A DNA stretch of 64,000 bases, taken from the NCBI RefSeq assembly GCF_000143415.4, contig NW_003314262.1, forward strand, positions 1,835,732 to 1,899,731. Reading direction: 5' to 3'. A program made the translations under genes and the position numbers. Each line of letters begins with the position of its first letter. Positions within the stretch are counted from its first letter, which is position 1. This stretch comes from Selaginella moellendorffii. Lineage: Eukaryota; Plantae; Lycopodiophyta. The notes beneath the pieces are model-generated. The model ran no database searches and was not told where the DNA came from. It worked only from the letters and a program-made list of their open reading frames with translations. Of this stretch, positions 1-11,141 are shown one piece after another.

Positions 1-3000
1 GAGGAAACGTTTCTTTGAACTTCTCCATCTGTGCTTTGACAGCACTGGCAACCCTTCCCGGTTCCGGATAGTCTTCACCAAATTGCTTTACAAGCTTGAA
101 AATTACTCGAAACATTGTCGAAACCTGGAAAGGAACCAAAGGTCAGAAAGGTGCATTTTTTGTTTAAATGATGCCCCACCTCTCCCTCAATTTTCTCAGT
201 ATCCAGCGAGAAGAATGGTGCGCTCATCCATTCCTCTTCAAGTCTTTTAAAATTGGCTCCGACAGTCCACAACTTGAAAAACGGATCCAGGGCGGTAATC
301 ATCTGTTGTATCTGCGTGAACTTCGTTGGTGGTACGCCAAAAAGGGTTTCCTCGGCATTTAAAGCCTCGGAGGTCTCCAGAGCTGCTTGTAATCCATTGT
401 TCAGGTTCTACAGGGAAAATAGTCATACTAAGAATGCCAGATACAAAGCAGACAACTAGCATACGGTAACATCATCGGAGATAGCTTCAATCTTATCGAG
501 GTCGGCAATTGTGATATAGCTTTTTACTCGCACATCAAGACTGCAGCACGAGTGTTAAAGTTTACATAGTCAAAAGAAAAACAAGCGTTGATACGAACCT
601 TTCCAACAATGCAAAAAAGTCGATACGGCGCTGCTTAAGTTGTGTTTCGTAGTGCTCGTACTCTTCAGTAATTCTTTTAGTATGCACGTCGATCACAGCC
701 CGAACTCTTTTCGGCCATTCATATGCGATCAACATCGTCCGAAATTCGGTTTCAGGAATATTTAGCTGGTAGCGGTCTAGAAAGTCTTCTCGTTGCCTGT
801 TCTCTCCTAGGATTCTCTCTAAAACTGAAAGCTCGGTGGGAGACGCAGCAAGAAACCTGGTTGCAAAAATGAGCTAGAAACATCGTCAAAACTAAAATTA
901 TCTTACTTTCGCAAGTAGACAGCTTCTTCGGAATTTGTGGGAATTTTTATGATCTCTCTGGCAATGTGCTCCATGCGTTCGAGCACATTTGTATTAGCAG
1001 CATGCATAAATGCGAGTACCTACATTGCATCTTGAGTGATTGTATAAAATCACAAAAGCCATACCTGCTCTTTTAACAGTAGTGCAATATATCTCGCCTT
1101 CTTTATCAAGATATCTTTGTACTCCTTGCACTTCACCCGCACAATGCCACAGTCCACTACGTTTGCGCTTGTAGCCTCAATCTGAATTTCCTTCTCGCTG
1201 AACTGTTTAAGAACCTCTTCATACTCTTGAATCGGTTTTTCTTGGGCCTTAAATTCTTGGGCAAATGCTTGTGCTGACATGTTTGCAAGAGCTTCAAAAG
1301 GCACATACTTGTCCATAAGCTCTTTAGGATAGTTAACATTTGATTGCACTACCTGCAAGCATATCAGAACTTGAGAAAAACTTGGGCTTTATAAACAATT
1401 CATATATTAGAGCAAGGAAATGAGAAAGCACCTGCCTTATGTGGCCTTTGGCAACTCCAACAAGCTCGTCATCCACAGCCATGCTCGACAATAAGCGTCG
1501 TGATGGCTCTAAATCTTCAGCATCGACACGATGAACACCAGCGCTTTGAGCCACTGCGTATTCTAGTACTTCCACAAGGCCGAGTTCTAGCGCGTCGTAA
1601 GACGGCTCGACTCTGCCATATAGTAGATTAAAGCCAAAAGTTTTGAGCTCATGCTGAGAGTAACATACCTGTAGACATTTTTCTCAAACTTTAGAGTCGT
1701 GTAAAACGGAGGAGTAGCTTTGAGTGTCGCCTCGGAAGGCATGTCTTTCCCATACTGAGCCCGGAACAGCTCCTTGAATCTCTGCAGTCGCGGAGTCAGT
1801 TTATGATGAACAGTCATAATACTCTCGCGTGGAATCTCGTAGATTTCCCCCTTATAAACGTCGATGAAACGAACAAAGTTGACAACAGAATCCTCCACCA
1901 GCCTTCTGATTTGATTCGACATAAGAACTGCCATGGCTTCGTAAAAGCCGATGAGATCAGTGTTGGGAGGAATAGGAACTGCCTGCTCCAACACGGACGA
2001 AGCCGTAGATAACCACTCGGTGTCTAGCGACTCCCTCACGGCTCCAGCACACTGCTTACCCCGTTCGATAAAGTCGTCTAGCTCATAAGGTGCTCCAGCA
2101 AAGAACTCAGGTGTTGTTGTGTCGATGAGAAACTTTGCTGCATATAAATCCTGCCAGAGAAATGCTAGCTCCAAAGCCTGTGGATTGAGTTTGTGCAAGG
2201 TTCCAGAGACCCCGCCGTGTGCGCTTAAGACAGCCTCCCTCCATTCTGCTGACAAAATCTGTATAGTCCGCGTCTTCCCAATAAACCCGGTCGTGACCAC
2301 TTCGAGAATCTGCTCGATCTCAGTAAGTCCCAGTCGTATTCTCTCCTTCTCGTCCTGCAAGACGTGGACTTGAAACGTAAATCACGAGTGCAAAAACGTT
2401 TCACAGGTGAGTTAGTGTTCCACTGTAAACAAAGTTGTAAGGTTTGGAATATCTATACGAAAAGCAAAGAAAACGAACCTGTAATACGTAATCCACAATG
2501 GCTTTCCGCATGCTCAAGAGGTACTCATGCTGAACCTCTTCAAGAACCCGCCGCAAAGTAGCTTGAATAACCCGTTCTGAGAGCCCCCTCTTGACGTACT
2601 TCCCCACCATATCAACCGCGCGTTTTGTCCACCTCTCTCTTATCGGAGCGATAAAACGCTCGTCCACGCCACTCTCAACGTAGAACTGGTACCTCAAGAT
2701 ATCTTCAGCCACTTTCATCATGTTTGGCGGAATCGGAGGAGCACTGACGGCCAAAGTATGCATACTTCGAGGACTCTCCACCACCCTCGGGTTGAGCTGC
2801 CCAAGATTGATCAAACCAATGGGCTTAAGAGCTGGAGTATTCCTCTTGAGAGAAGATATCCTGGATTCTTCTTCTTCTTCGTCTTCTGTTAAGTAAGGAG
2901 TGAAAACCGGAGAGCCAACTAGACCTTTGGACTTTCGTCTCCGTGGAGGACTTGGCACTGGTGGATACGAAGGCAGCGTGTACTCAAAGTAAGGAGAGTC

Positions 3001-3751
3001 CAGCGCTGGATCATAGCACCTGTTATAATGCGCTGGCCTCGTGTCCGAGTTCTTCCAAGCAGGCCTCTTCACAGTAGGAAATACTGGCTTCTCGTAAGAA
3101 GTTGAAGTCAATTGCCTGCTCTCCATGATCTTCTCGGAAGCACGCATTTCACTCATCTCCATGGTTTCCGGACTGCAAGATCATATATGAGCTACAGTTC
3201 TACGAACAAGTATAGATGGTCTTGCCTGAAGTAAACTCCGATTCGATTGGAAGGTGCTCGACAGTAAACCCTTTGGTTGATTCCAGCAGGTATAGATTTC
3301 GTAAACAAAGATTCTGGGCTCAAAAGTGGAGGCAAATCCGACATTCTCATCCCCATCTAGAATGGACAATAAGAAGTGAATGACATAGACTCCAACGAAA
3401 AACATACCAATTTTCTCTTCTTCACAGCTTCTTCCAGCTGCTGAAAGTAATCGGGCTCATCCTCAGCCTCCATGAGCTGCAAAGAAAAAAAAAGAGATTG
3501 TGACCAAGAACAGCTAAAACTCTATAGTCACTTACAGGTCTTTTAGCTGGAGTCACTGCTACTGGAGGAGGCTTGTCGACGATCTCCTCTTCATCCTTGC
3601 CCCTGCTAGCTTCCTCCCTCCAAAGCGAGGCTCGCCTCAGCGATATTGTGGCCCGCTGCTTCCACAGCGAACCCCCGCGGCTGGCTCGCGGATCCTGGCT
3701 CAACTCCGGGCCCTTGGCCACCTCGGCCGCCAATGCTGGATCAGCACTCAT
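1..3751 (-). CDS. Axonemal (probably inner-arm, DNAH7/3-like) dynein heavy chain, 5' portion; multi-exon, continues beyond the window start
   Basis: Exons encode EDILRYQFYVESGVDERFIAPIRERW...EEVQHEYLLSMRKAIVDYVL|QDEKERIRLGL and the DHC_N2-type NAEETLFGVPPTKFTQIQQMITALDPFFKLWTVGANFKRLEEEWMSAPFFSLDTEKIEGE; many short introns. Start ATG at 3751 is tentative. Confidence 0.85.
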
Positions 3752-4124
3752 CCTGGAAGCGCGTAGAATCTCTCTGTCGATCCCCCGAGAGCGCGCGATT
3801 CCACTAAACCCTAGATGTCGATCGATGCAGCTAGACCCGGAGAATGAGCGCGATCACGCGATCGCACAAGGGAGGAGCAAAGATTTCTTCCAGAATTCCT
3901 GCCCTAGTCCCTAGTCCTCAACGGATCCGGCTGGATCCGCTGATTCAAGAGAACCAGACAGTTGGAAATGTGAACCATTTCTAATCTCGCGCAATCCCAA
4001 CCGTCCGTTGCCCAGAGCCCATCCCTGCCGTCCAAACCTTTTAGCATTGAGAAGGATATTCGTTTCATAGGGTTAGGGCTTTAGCCGTCGGCTGGTTTGG
4101 AAGAGGAGCTGCGCCTTCGCGCCG
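3752..4124. promoter_or_regulatory. Short divergent (probably bidirectional) promoter between the dynein heavy chain and RPL15, with telo-box-like motifs
   Basis: AAACCCTAG near 3806 and TAGGGTTAGGG near 4067; the two genes are head-to-head about 370 bp apart. Confidence 0.5.
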
Positions 4125-4936
4125 ATGGGTAAGCGTTGCTCGATCAGCTCAGGCGCTCGCATTTCTCTCGCGGCTGATCGCATTCCTTCCTCTCTCTCCA
4201 GGTGCCTACAAATACATCGAGGAGCTATGGCGGAAGAAGCAATCCGATGTGATGCGCTTCCTGATGCGCGTCCGCTGCTGGGAGTATCGCCAGCTCCCCG
4301 GAATCGTCCGTATCCAGCGCCCGACGCGCCCTGACAAGGCTCGTCGCCTGGGATTCAAGGCCAAGCAGGTAAAATTTCTCCTTTCTTCGTGTGTGCTAGC
4401 TCTTTGATCGTTTCGTGCTCGAATCCTCACAGGGATACGTTGTCTACCGTGTCCGTGTGCGTCGCGGGGGCCGAAAGAGGCCAGTTTCCAAGGGAATTGT
4501 CTATGGAAAGCCCAAGAACCAGGGTATCACCCAGCTCAAGTTCCAGAGAAACTTGAGATCCGTGGCCGAGGAACGTGCTGGGCGCAAGCTGGGCAATCTC
4601 CGCGTCCTCAACTCCTACTGGATCAACCAGGTACTGCTAGACTCTTCCGATTCTTGCAGCTCTAATACTGTGGAGAACTTTGGATTCCAGGACTCAACTT
4701 ACAAGTACTTTGAGATCATCCTCATCGACCCAATGCACACCGCGATTCGCAAGGACCCAAGGATCAACTGGATCTGCCAGCCGGTTCACAAGCATCGCGA
4801 GCTGCGCGGGATCACGTCCGCCGGTCGCAAGCACCGCGGATTGCGAGGGAAGGGTCACAGGAATCACAAGAACCGCCCATCGATCCGTGCTACCTGGAAG
4901 CGCAACAACACTCTCTCCCTCCGGCGCTACCGATAG
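4125..4936 (+). CDS. RPL15: 60S ribosomal protein L15 (eL15); exons 4125-4128, 4202-4368, 4433-4630, 4691-4936
   Basis: Spliced translation [32 protein letters not shown]...[20 protein letters not shown]...[13 protein letters not shown]; canonical GT-AG introns. Confidence 0.97.
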
Positions 4937-5266
4937 AGAAGAAACATCGAACGAAAGAGCTCTTCGATCATATGGGTCGATCCTTCTCTCTTTTTTGGTT
5001 CCTGGAGTTCATCAAAAGCTACTTTCTAAAAGTTTCTCTATAGATTTTGTTAGATCCATCGCTGCCGTTAATTGGATTTTGTCAGATCCATTGCTACCGT
5101 TGATTGTTTTGGGCTCATCGTGGCCGTTGCTCTTGGCGCCAAGCCAAGTGTTAGAAAATCTTGGCGGTGGATCTCCAGTGAACCGCAATTTACCTCCATC
5201 TCATCCCAAGAGCCATGGAGCGATGGCGCAGCAGGGCATTAGGGAAATCTTTCCGCGGCAGCGGCA

Positions 5267-7251
5267 GTGGCGGCAGCGATGGAGGTGGATCTCACCGACA
5301 TGGAGGTCTCGGACAACGAAGGCGAAGGGCCTGAATCCAGCGGCGCGCTTGGGGTTGCATCGTCAACGCTCAAGCCGGTAGTGGAGCTCGTCATGGCGCC
5401 CGTGGAGGCGCTGGAATCCGTGAATTCGGCGTCCACGTCGGGGAAATCCAAGGATGGGACGCCGTCGCAGAAGGAGATTCTTGTGGAGGTGAAGAGCCAG
5501 GAGAATCGAGACGATGATTCTTCGCTGAGGCCGGTCATGGTGGATTTGCAGCAGATGAGGCCGTTGCCGTATCGAGGAGGATTTTTGGACAAGAGAAATG
5601 GTACGTTTTTAGTTTTTCTTTGTTGCTATCTTGTGCGTGTATTCTAGAACCAACCTATAGCTCATTCGTGATCCATCTTTAGTGAAGCTTGCTCTTCCAT
5701 TCACATAGTTTAGAGTCTTCATCCTGAGCTTCAGAAACTCTGGTAAAAGTTTGTGTTCTTAGTATCGTTTTGAGTGTAATGCCTTTTGCTATCCATATAG
5801 TTTTGTGTTGTGACCGTGCATGCTATCCATATGGTTTTGCGTTGTGATTATAGTGTGATGGGCTAACATGAAAAACATCTTCAGGCACCAAGTACCTCCA
5901 TGCTGGAATGCAGACGGACAGAAAGCCAAAGCCCAAGAAGAACATCCAAATGTTTAGCCGAACCACTCAGAAGTGCTTGATGAGGAACCAAAACTGGAAC
6001 ACTATCCGGGAGACCTTCACTCAGATGGATCGCAGGGACCTTATTCTGGACTGGAGCAGAGACTATGCTCGTGTTCCGGGAAGATATGTTGATTCTATTG
6101 AATGGGAACAGATTCGTCGTCGGGCTTCCATCGTTATTCAAAAGTACACTCGGAGGTGGATCGCCCAACGAAACGCTGACAGGATACGAGGGTTTGTCAA
6201 GTCCAGGCTTGAGGTTTGCTTTCAGGGCCAAGGCTTCATTCGGAACTTGATAAGAGCTGACGTTGCTCTCTCCAGTTTTTCGAAGACCAAGAGAAGACTC
6301 AGAAGGTCCAAGAAGAAGACGCTTTGCAGCGTGAAATTGAGAGAAGAATGTGTCCACGGACTAGTGCAGACTTTGCCATCCTCTATGAGGAGCTCGAGGC
6401 ATGGAGAGTCCAGGTAAGGCTTTTTAGTGAATTTTTTTTCTTTTTAATTTACTCACACGTTTTCTCGTGTTTTGCAGGAAATGGAGAAGCTTAATGCATG
6501 CAATTATGGCTACAATGAACGGGTGAACGCACTCCGGGAGCTCTTAACTAAGGTTAGTCACAGAAGAGAGAAAAAATATAGATTTGATGTCTATCGTGTG
6601 ATTCTTGCAGGAATTGAAGCTCTTGACTGCAATTGATAAGCTGAGAGCTACTGCCGCGAAGGCAAATCGAAAGGATCGGATCAAAAGAACCATGCTAAAG
6701 ATGTGTGCTCCCAAAGTCTGGGAACTCACTAATGGCAAGACGGTGCAAGTTCGGACTCCTGCTACAGCTCGTGCGTCGGACTTGATGCATGTAAAGTATC
6801 AACCTCTGCTGATTTCTTTCTTTTTCTTTCTCATTGGAATGACTTTCTTGTGCACAGCTTTACACAGCTCTAGGAAAGGAGGTCACTAACATCGACGAGA
6901 GAATGGCTGTCCTTGGATACGTCAAGTGGACTGTACAAGAGTTTACGAATCCTCTCACGAAGGAGATCTTGCTACTGATAGAGAGAGAGGCGGACCTTAT
7001 GTATAGGAACCGGCCAGCTAAGTCGCTTGTTGGTCTCCGGCATCGCATTCTCGCACTCTTTCTTCACGTAAGTCACTCACGCTACACTACTTGCCGTTCT
7101 CACAAACGCTTTGCTACAGTTTATCGAGACCCCCGAGTTTAATCCAGAGGCAGCCGCACACCAGTACGTACACAACGACTATGATTTCAAGCAGAAGCAA
7201 TCCATGCTCCGGAGGGATCAACCGCTAGAGCTGAGCCAAAAAGCCTCGTAG
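5267..7251 (+). CDS. IQUB: IQ and ubiquitin-like domain protein (IQUB/FAP253, radial-spoke associated); multi-exon
   Basis: PYRGGFLDKRNG|TKYLHAGMQT, IQ motif IVIQKYTRRWIAQR, KMCAPKVWELTNGKTVQVRTPATARA, LTKEILLLIEREADLMYR...GLRHRILALFLH|FIETPEFNPEAA match IQUB blocks as I recall them; stop TAG at 7249-7251. Confidence 0.88.
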
Positions 7252-7300
7252 ACACTGCCTTGAAGGAGCTGGAAGTTCTTCGTCTCCGGCCACGCGGTAG

Positions 7301-7534
7301 CTATTTCTCTATCAACTGGTTCAGGGTCTCCATGACAAAGTCAGTAAAGGCACGCTGTTCTCGGGCTTCTCGAAGCACAGCCATGGCGCTCAGCCGGGTG
7401 AAAAACTCACGCTGGAACTCGAGCTCGATCTGGGACAACGAGGGATCTGGAATGGCAGCGTCGCCAGAAGGCCGATCAAGGCATGTTGGTCGCCAAGAAA
7501 GTGGAAAAAGGGATGGAGAACGTAGCGCCGCCAT
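7301..7534 (-). CDS. Small hypothetical protein (77 aa)
   Basis: Single ATG-initiated ORF with a helical-looking C-terminus; no family recognised. Confidence 0.3.
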   Translation of the reverse strand: MAALRSPSLFPLSWRPTCLDRPSGDAAIPDPSLSQIELEFQREFFTRLSAMAVLREAREQRAFTDFVMETLNQLIEK

Positions 7535-7849
7535 TACATCTATCCGTTGGATAAATCTTACAAGTTAGTTGATAAAGTACTTCAGCTGAAAAGCTTTACC
7601 ATGGAAAACAAGCAGAGATGTCGATTTCGATTTATAGCTCGCCATTGCCACCTCACTTCCTTGCAAACAAAACCAAAACTTATAGAAAGTCCTCCTTTCA
7701 TTTTTATTCCTTTTTCTTTGGCCTCAAAAACGACCGACAAATTAAAAGACAACATCAAACATAAGAGCTCGTCCTGTTCTCGAGTGGACCGGGCGTCTTT
7801 TAGGAGTCCTGTGAATCCAGCATTGCGAGCACGCATTTCCCTGGAGAAA

Positions 7850-8857
7850 ATTCGTGTATGAAACAGAAATTTCCTGGAGCAAATGCTTCAGTACGGGCAA
7901 ATGCGAGTGAGGTCCGCTCAGGCATGTAATCATTCATAAGAACAGATCATAGCATGAAGAGAAAAACTTCCGTACAAAGAGGCCGTGACGTGGCGCGCTG
8001 GCCGCCGATAGTTGACTTAAAGCTTGCGTGGCGAAAGATTACAAGTCAAACTAGTCAACCGTAAAATTACACGCAGAGAGTTGCCACTGTCGAGATTCCA
8101 AACAAGAGCACGAAGCCAGACAATCTCCTGTGCTTCCGGAAGAAGCATTTCTCGGCTGTCACCCGAAAAAAAAAAATTGTTTATTCTACCGCAAAGCTTT
8201 CGCAATGTTCAAAAAGAAGAAAACACACTTGCCTGTTGCTATCATCGCCGCCAAGCAAGTCCAAATCGCCACAAGTTTCTCACTGCTCACAGCTCCTCTG
8301 AAAGCCAAAGCTCACGAAACTATATAAGAATGGAGACCAAAAACAAACAGCAAAGAAACTTACAAGCTCACGAACACGGCGGCGGTGGCGAGGAAGCAAA
8401 CGAGGCCGAGTCCAACTCCATAGAATTCGATCCCCAGCTTGTCACCATCTTTCCTCATCCATGCCGCGATACAGTATCCCAGATGGAAAGCCGAGAATGC
8501 AAGCAGCACTCTCGCAGCGACGAGGGACGAGTGCTTCTCTCCACTGTTGTTGTTGTCTCCGTGACCACGCCAGCCCCTTCGGTTGCTTCCATCGTCATTG
8601 TTGTTGTTGCCGGATCCCCAATCGTTGCTACTGGTGCTGCAAATCTCCCCCGGCTGCTGGAAGCGCCGGAATCGCCCACCTGGAGTGAACTCCAGAACTG
8701 CGCTCGGCAGCTCTCGGATCACAGCAGGGAAAAACTCTGGCGAAGTGTCGTCTTCTCTGAAGCAAAGCACCGAAGGATGGCGGTGGCGAGAAGCTCTTGC
8801 GTTTGCTCTCGGGAGAAGCGAGCACGTCCTGGCGAAACTGGACAACGAGAGCATCAT
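7850..8857 (-). CDS. Putative plastid-targeted membrane protein, multi-exon (3' end approximate)
   Basis: Ser/Arg-rich transit-peptide-like N-terminus, Gly/Asn-rich linker, then hydrophobic helices; donor GTAAG near 8363 and further hydrophobic exons at about 8230-8320 and 8060-8160. Confidence 0.5.
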
Positions 8858-9914
8858 TCTCTTCTGCTGCCGCGCAGAGAGCTCGATCGCAATGCCCTGC
8901 CGGATGCTCTGCTTTTAATGTACCACGGAGAAACTGGCGTGCTCAGTGCGTACTCTGCTCCTGAGAGAGACAAACTCTAGAAAGACATGTAAGGCACTGC
9001 TTTACGAAACCAGAAACAGGAAACCGGAGAAAGAAAACTAAAACAAACAAGAGGAAGAAAAGCACCACTTACACAGATGATCCATCCGAAGTTGACATGG
9101 AACTTGAAGGCCATCACGCTGGCGGTGTGACGAATCTACCCGAAATGCTCCATGACGCTTGGCCATCGCTCCACAATCTTCTGGTACATATACAGCTCTC
9201 ATGCCAGGCGCATGGCGAGCAAAGTATCGCAAGCTTCCGTGGAGGAAAACTTTGATGGCGCGGTACCATGAAAACACCACTTCCATCAATCCGTTTTGCA
9301 ACGCTCATCAGGACACCGGGAAGGTGCTTCATCGCAACGGCACTGCTGAGAGCGACACTGTAGAGACTAGAATTCACACGAAAGTTACCCCGTGTTGTGT
9401 AGTTTCCCGGCAGTAAACTTGGTCTGTACGTAATGCCGGTTTTCTCGAAGAGTTTCTTCCTTGACACTTCTCTCGATGACCTTTTGCGCTTTCATCGGAT
9501 GCACGACCTTTAGACTAAGCCAAACCGTGAGACAAGCAACACTAAGATCGAGAAAACTTTAAAAAGACAAAGAAACTACGGATATTGTTTGTAAGTTTTG
9601 TTTGAGCCTCCCCGAAAAACAAAAGAAAAAAAAATTGCATGCGTCAATAACTACTTGCGCATCGAGACCACACCGTGCAGGCACAAGAAAATCGTGAGAG
9701 AACATCAGTGTTAAAGCTTACATGCTTTCACATGTCCTTTGTTATTTTTCGTCCAGGCCAACCGAAGGTTCTAAGAATTCTTAGTGATCAAACAGTCAAG
9801 AAGAGAAATAAACACACAAATCGCTCAAGCTTTTGCTCAGAATGTGGCTCTCAATGATACGCATATTTTGCGGCATACCGGTGGATCTAAAACCCTAAGC
9901 TAGTTTCGAAAAGG

Positions 9915-10676
9915 TCAATTGGATGGATATTCGCTTTTCCCTGGCAGCAAATCCACTGGAAAGCTCTTTGGAGCGATGGTCAGCTCTCCCAGCTTCTCGG
10001 CCTCCACCGCCAGGCGATTGAATCGCGTCTCGGCGATGACGAGCGCGCGGATGGATCCGCTGCGCAGCGTCACGACTGGGATCTGCGTGGAGAAGCACTC
10101 GTCGATCGTCAGCTCCTCCAGCGCCGGGCAGCACGCCACGAATCTCTCCAGATCGTCGCCGTGGAAGATCACATTGGCGAAGCGGCATTTCTTGAGCTCC
10201 GGGAAGCGGCAGCCCTGGGGGATTCCATCGAAGTACCCAAACTCGAGCGAGAGGGAGGAGAGCCTGGCGCATCTGGAGAGAGAGGGGAGGAGCTCCGAGA
10301 AGGCACAGCCCTTGTTGCTGAGCTTGAGCTCGCGGACGCTGGCGCTAACGTGCTGGATCCACAGCTGGACGGCATTCTCGCACAAGCAGACGAGCGATGG
10401 CTCCGTGGGCGAGAATCGCAGCGATAGCTCGCCGATGCCGCCGCCCTGGACCCTGGAGATGGCCGCCCAGACGATCTTCTCGGCGTCGAGCGACCTCACC
10501 ACGCAATCCTGCTTCCACGACTTGGGGAAGTCGAAATGCAGAGCCGGGACGCGCGCCGTCCAGCGCCGCCAGTCCCGCGCCACGGCCGAGCAGCGCAGCA
10601 GCGCCTTGGCGTCCCTGATCTTGGACAGAATGCTGTCGACGATGAGATCGTCGGGGAGAGATTGGAAATCAGCCAT
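9915..10676 (-). CDS. F-box/LRR protein
   Basis: N-terminal F-box FQSLPDDLIVDSILSKI...CSAVARDWRR, followed by LRR-like FPELKKC and CCPALEELTIDEC. Confidence 0.85.
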   Translation of the reverse strand: MADFQSLPDDLIVDSILSKIRDAKALLRCSAVARDWRRWTARVPALHFDFPKSWKQDCVVRSLDAEKIVWAAISRVQGGGIGELSLRFSPTEPSLVCLCENAVQLWIQHVSASVRELKLSNKGCAFSELLPSLSRCARLSSLSLEFGYFDGIPQGCRFPELKKCRFANVIFHGDDLERFVACCPALEELTIDECFSTQIPVVTLRSGSIRALVIAETRFNRLAVEAEKLGELTIAPKSFPVDLLPGKSEYPSN

Positions 10677-10939
10677 GAGAGATCTAAGAACTAGTAATCC
10701 AAAGAGTCTTGCAAGAACAAGATCACACTCTGTTCGTGGGAAATTTATAGTACCATTGGGCCCTATCGCGATGGGCCACTGCCAGTGTCGTACGAGTACG
10801 TCAAAACTAGCTTATGGTTACTCATCCCCGAGGTCCTGAGTTTTATGGTACTAGCCCACGTGCCCCACGGCCCCCTTCTAGAAGCTGGTCCATGTGCCAT
10901 GGAGCCCTAAACCCCTGGTTGACCTAATTTTAAGGTTAG

Positions 10940-11107
10940 CCACTTCGATCTAAGTACCTGGCCCGAGAATGATGCGTTGGAACTAATGGACAGTCTCCCT
11001 AGTGACATACATCTCATAAAACACTGTCTTCTGGTGAGCGAACTCCATACTCTGTGAACGAGAAGCCACCATCGCTTCTTTCTTTTTTCCAGGCTCATCC
11101 GGCATTG
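10940..11107 (-). pseudogene. Decayed fragment of the RRM-Mago fusion gene
   Basis: AAGTACCTGGCCC...GATGCGTTGGAACT...CAGTCTCCCTAGTGACATAC...AAACACTGTCTTCT...AACGAGAAGCCA...TCCAGGCTC...CATCCGGCA is colinear, with internal deletions, with 42255-42540 and retains the intron donor. Confidence 0.8.
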
Positions 11108-11141
11108 TGAAATATTAATAAGACTTCAATGATTACATCAT

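Noticed and set aside
4631-4690. Apparent 20-aa insertion in RPL15 (and a 19-aa one in DUF3527 at 46104-46160)
   Set aside because: Stop-free in-frame GT-AG introns; removing them restores the expected sequence.
8980-9870. Possible spliced minus-strand exons between the F-box gene and the membrane-protein gene
   Set aside because: Splice-like signals are present but I could not build a convincing frame or recognise a family; left unresolved.
9919-10839. Long antisense ORFs here and at 8024-8980 and 51564-52523
   Set aside because: Shadows of GC-rich coding sequence on the opposite strand.
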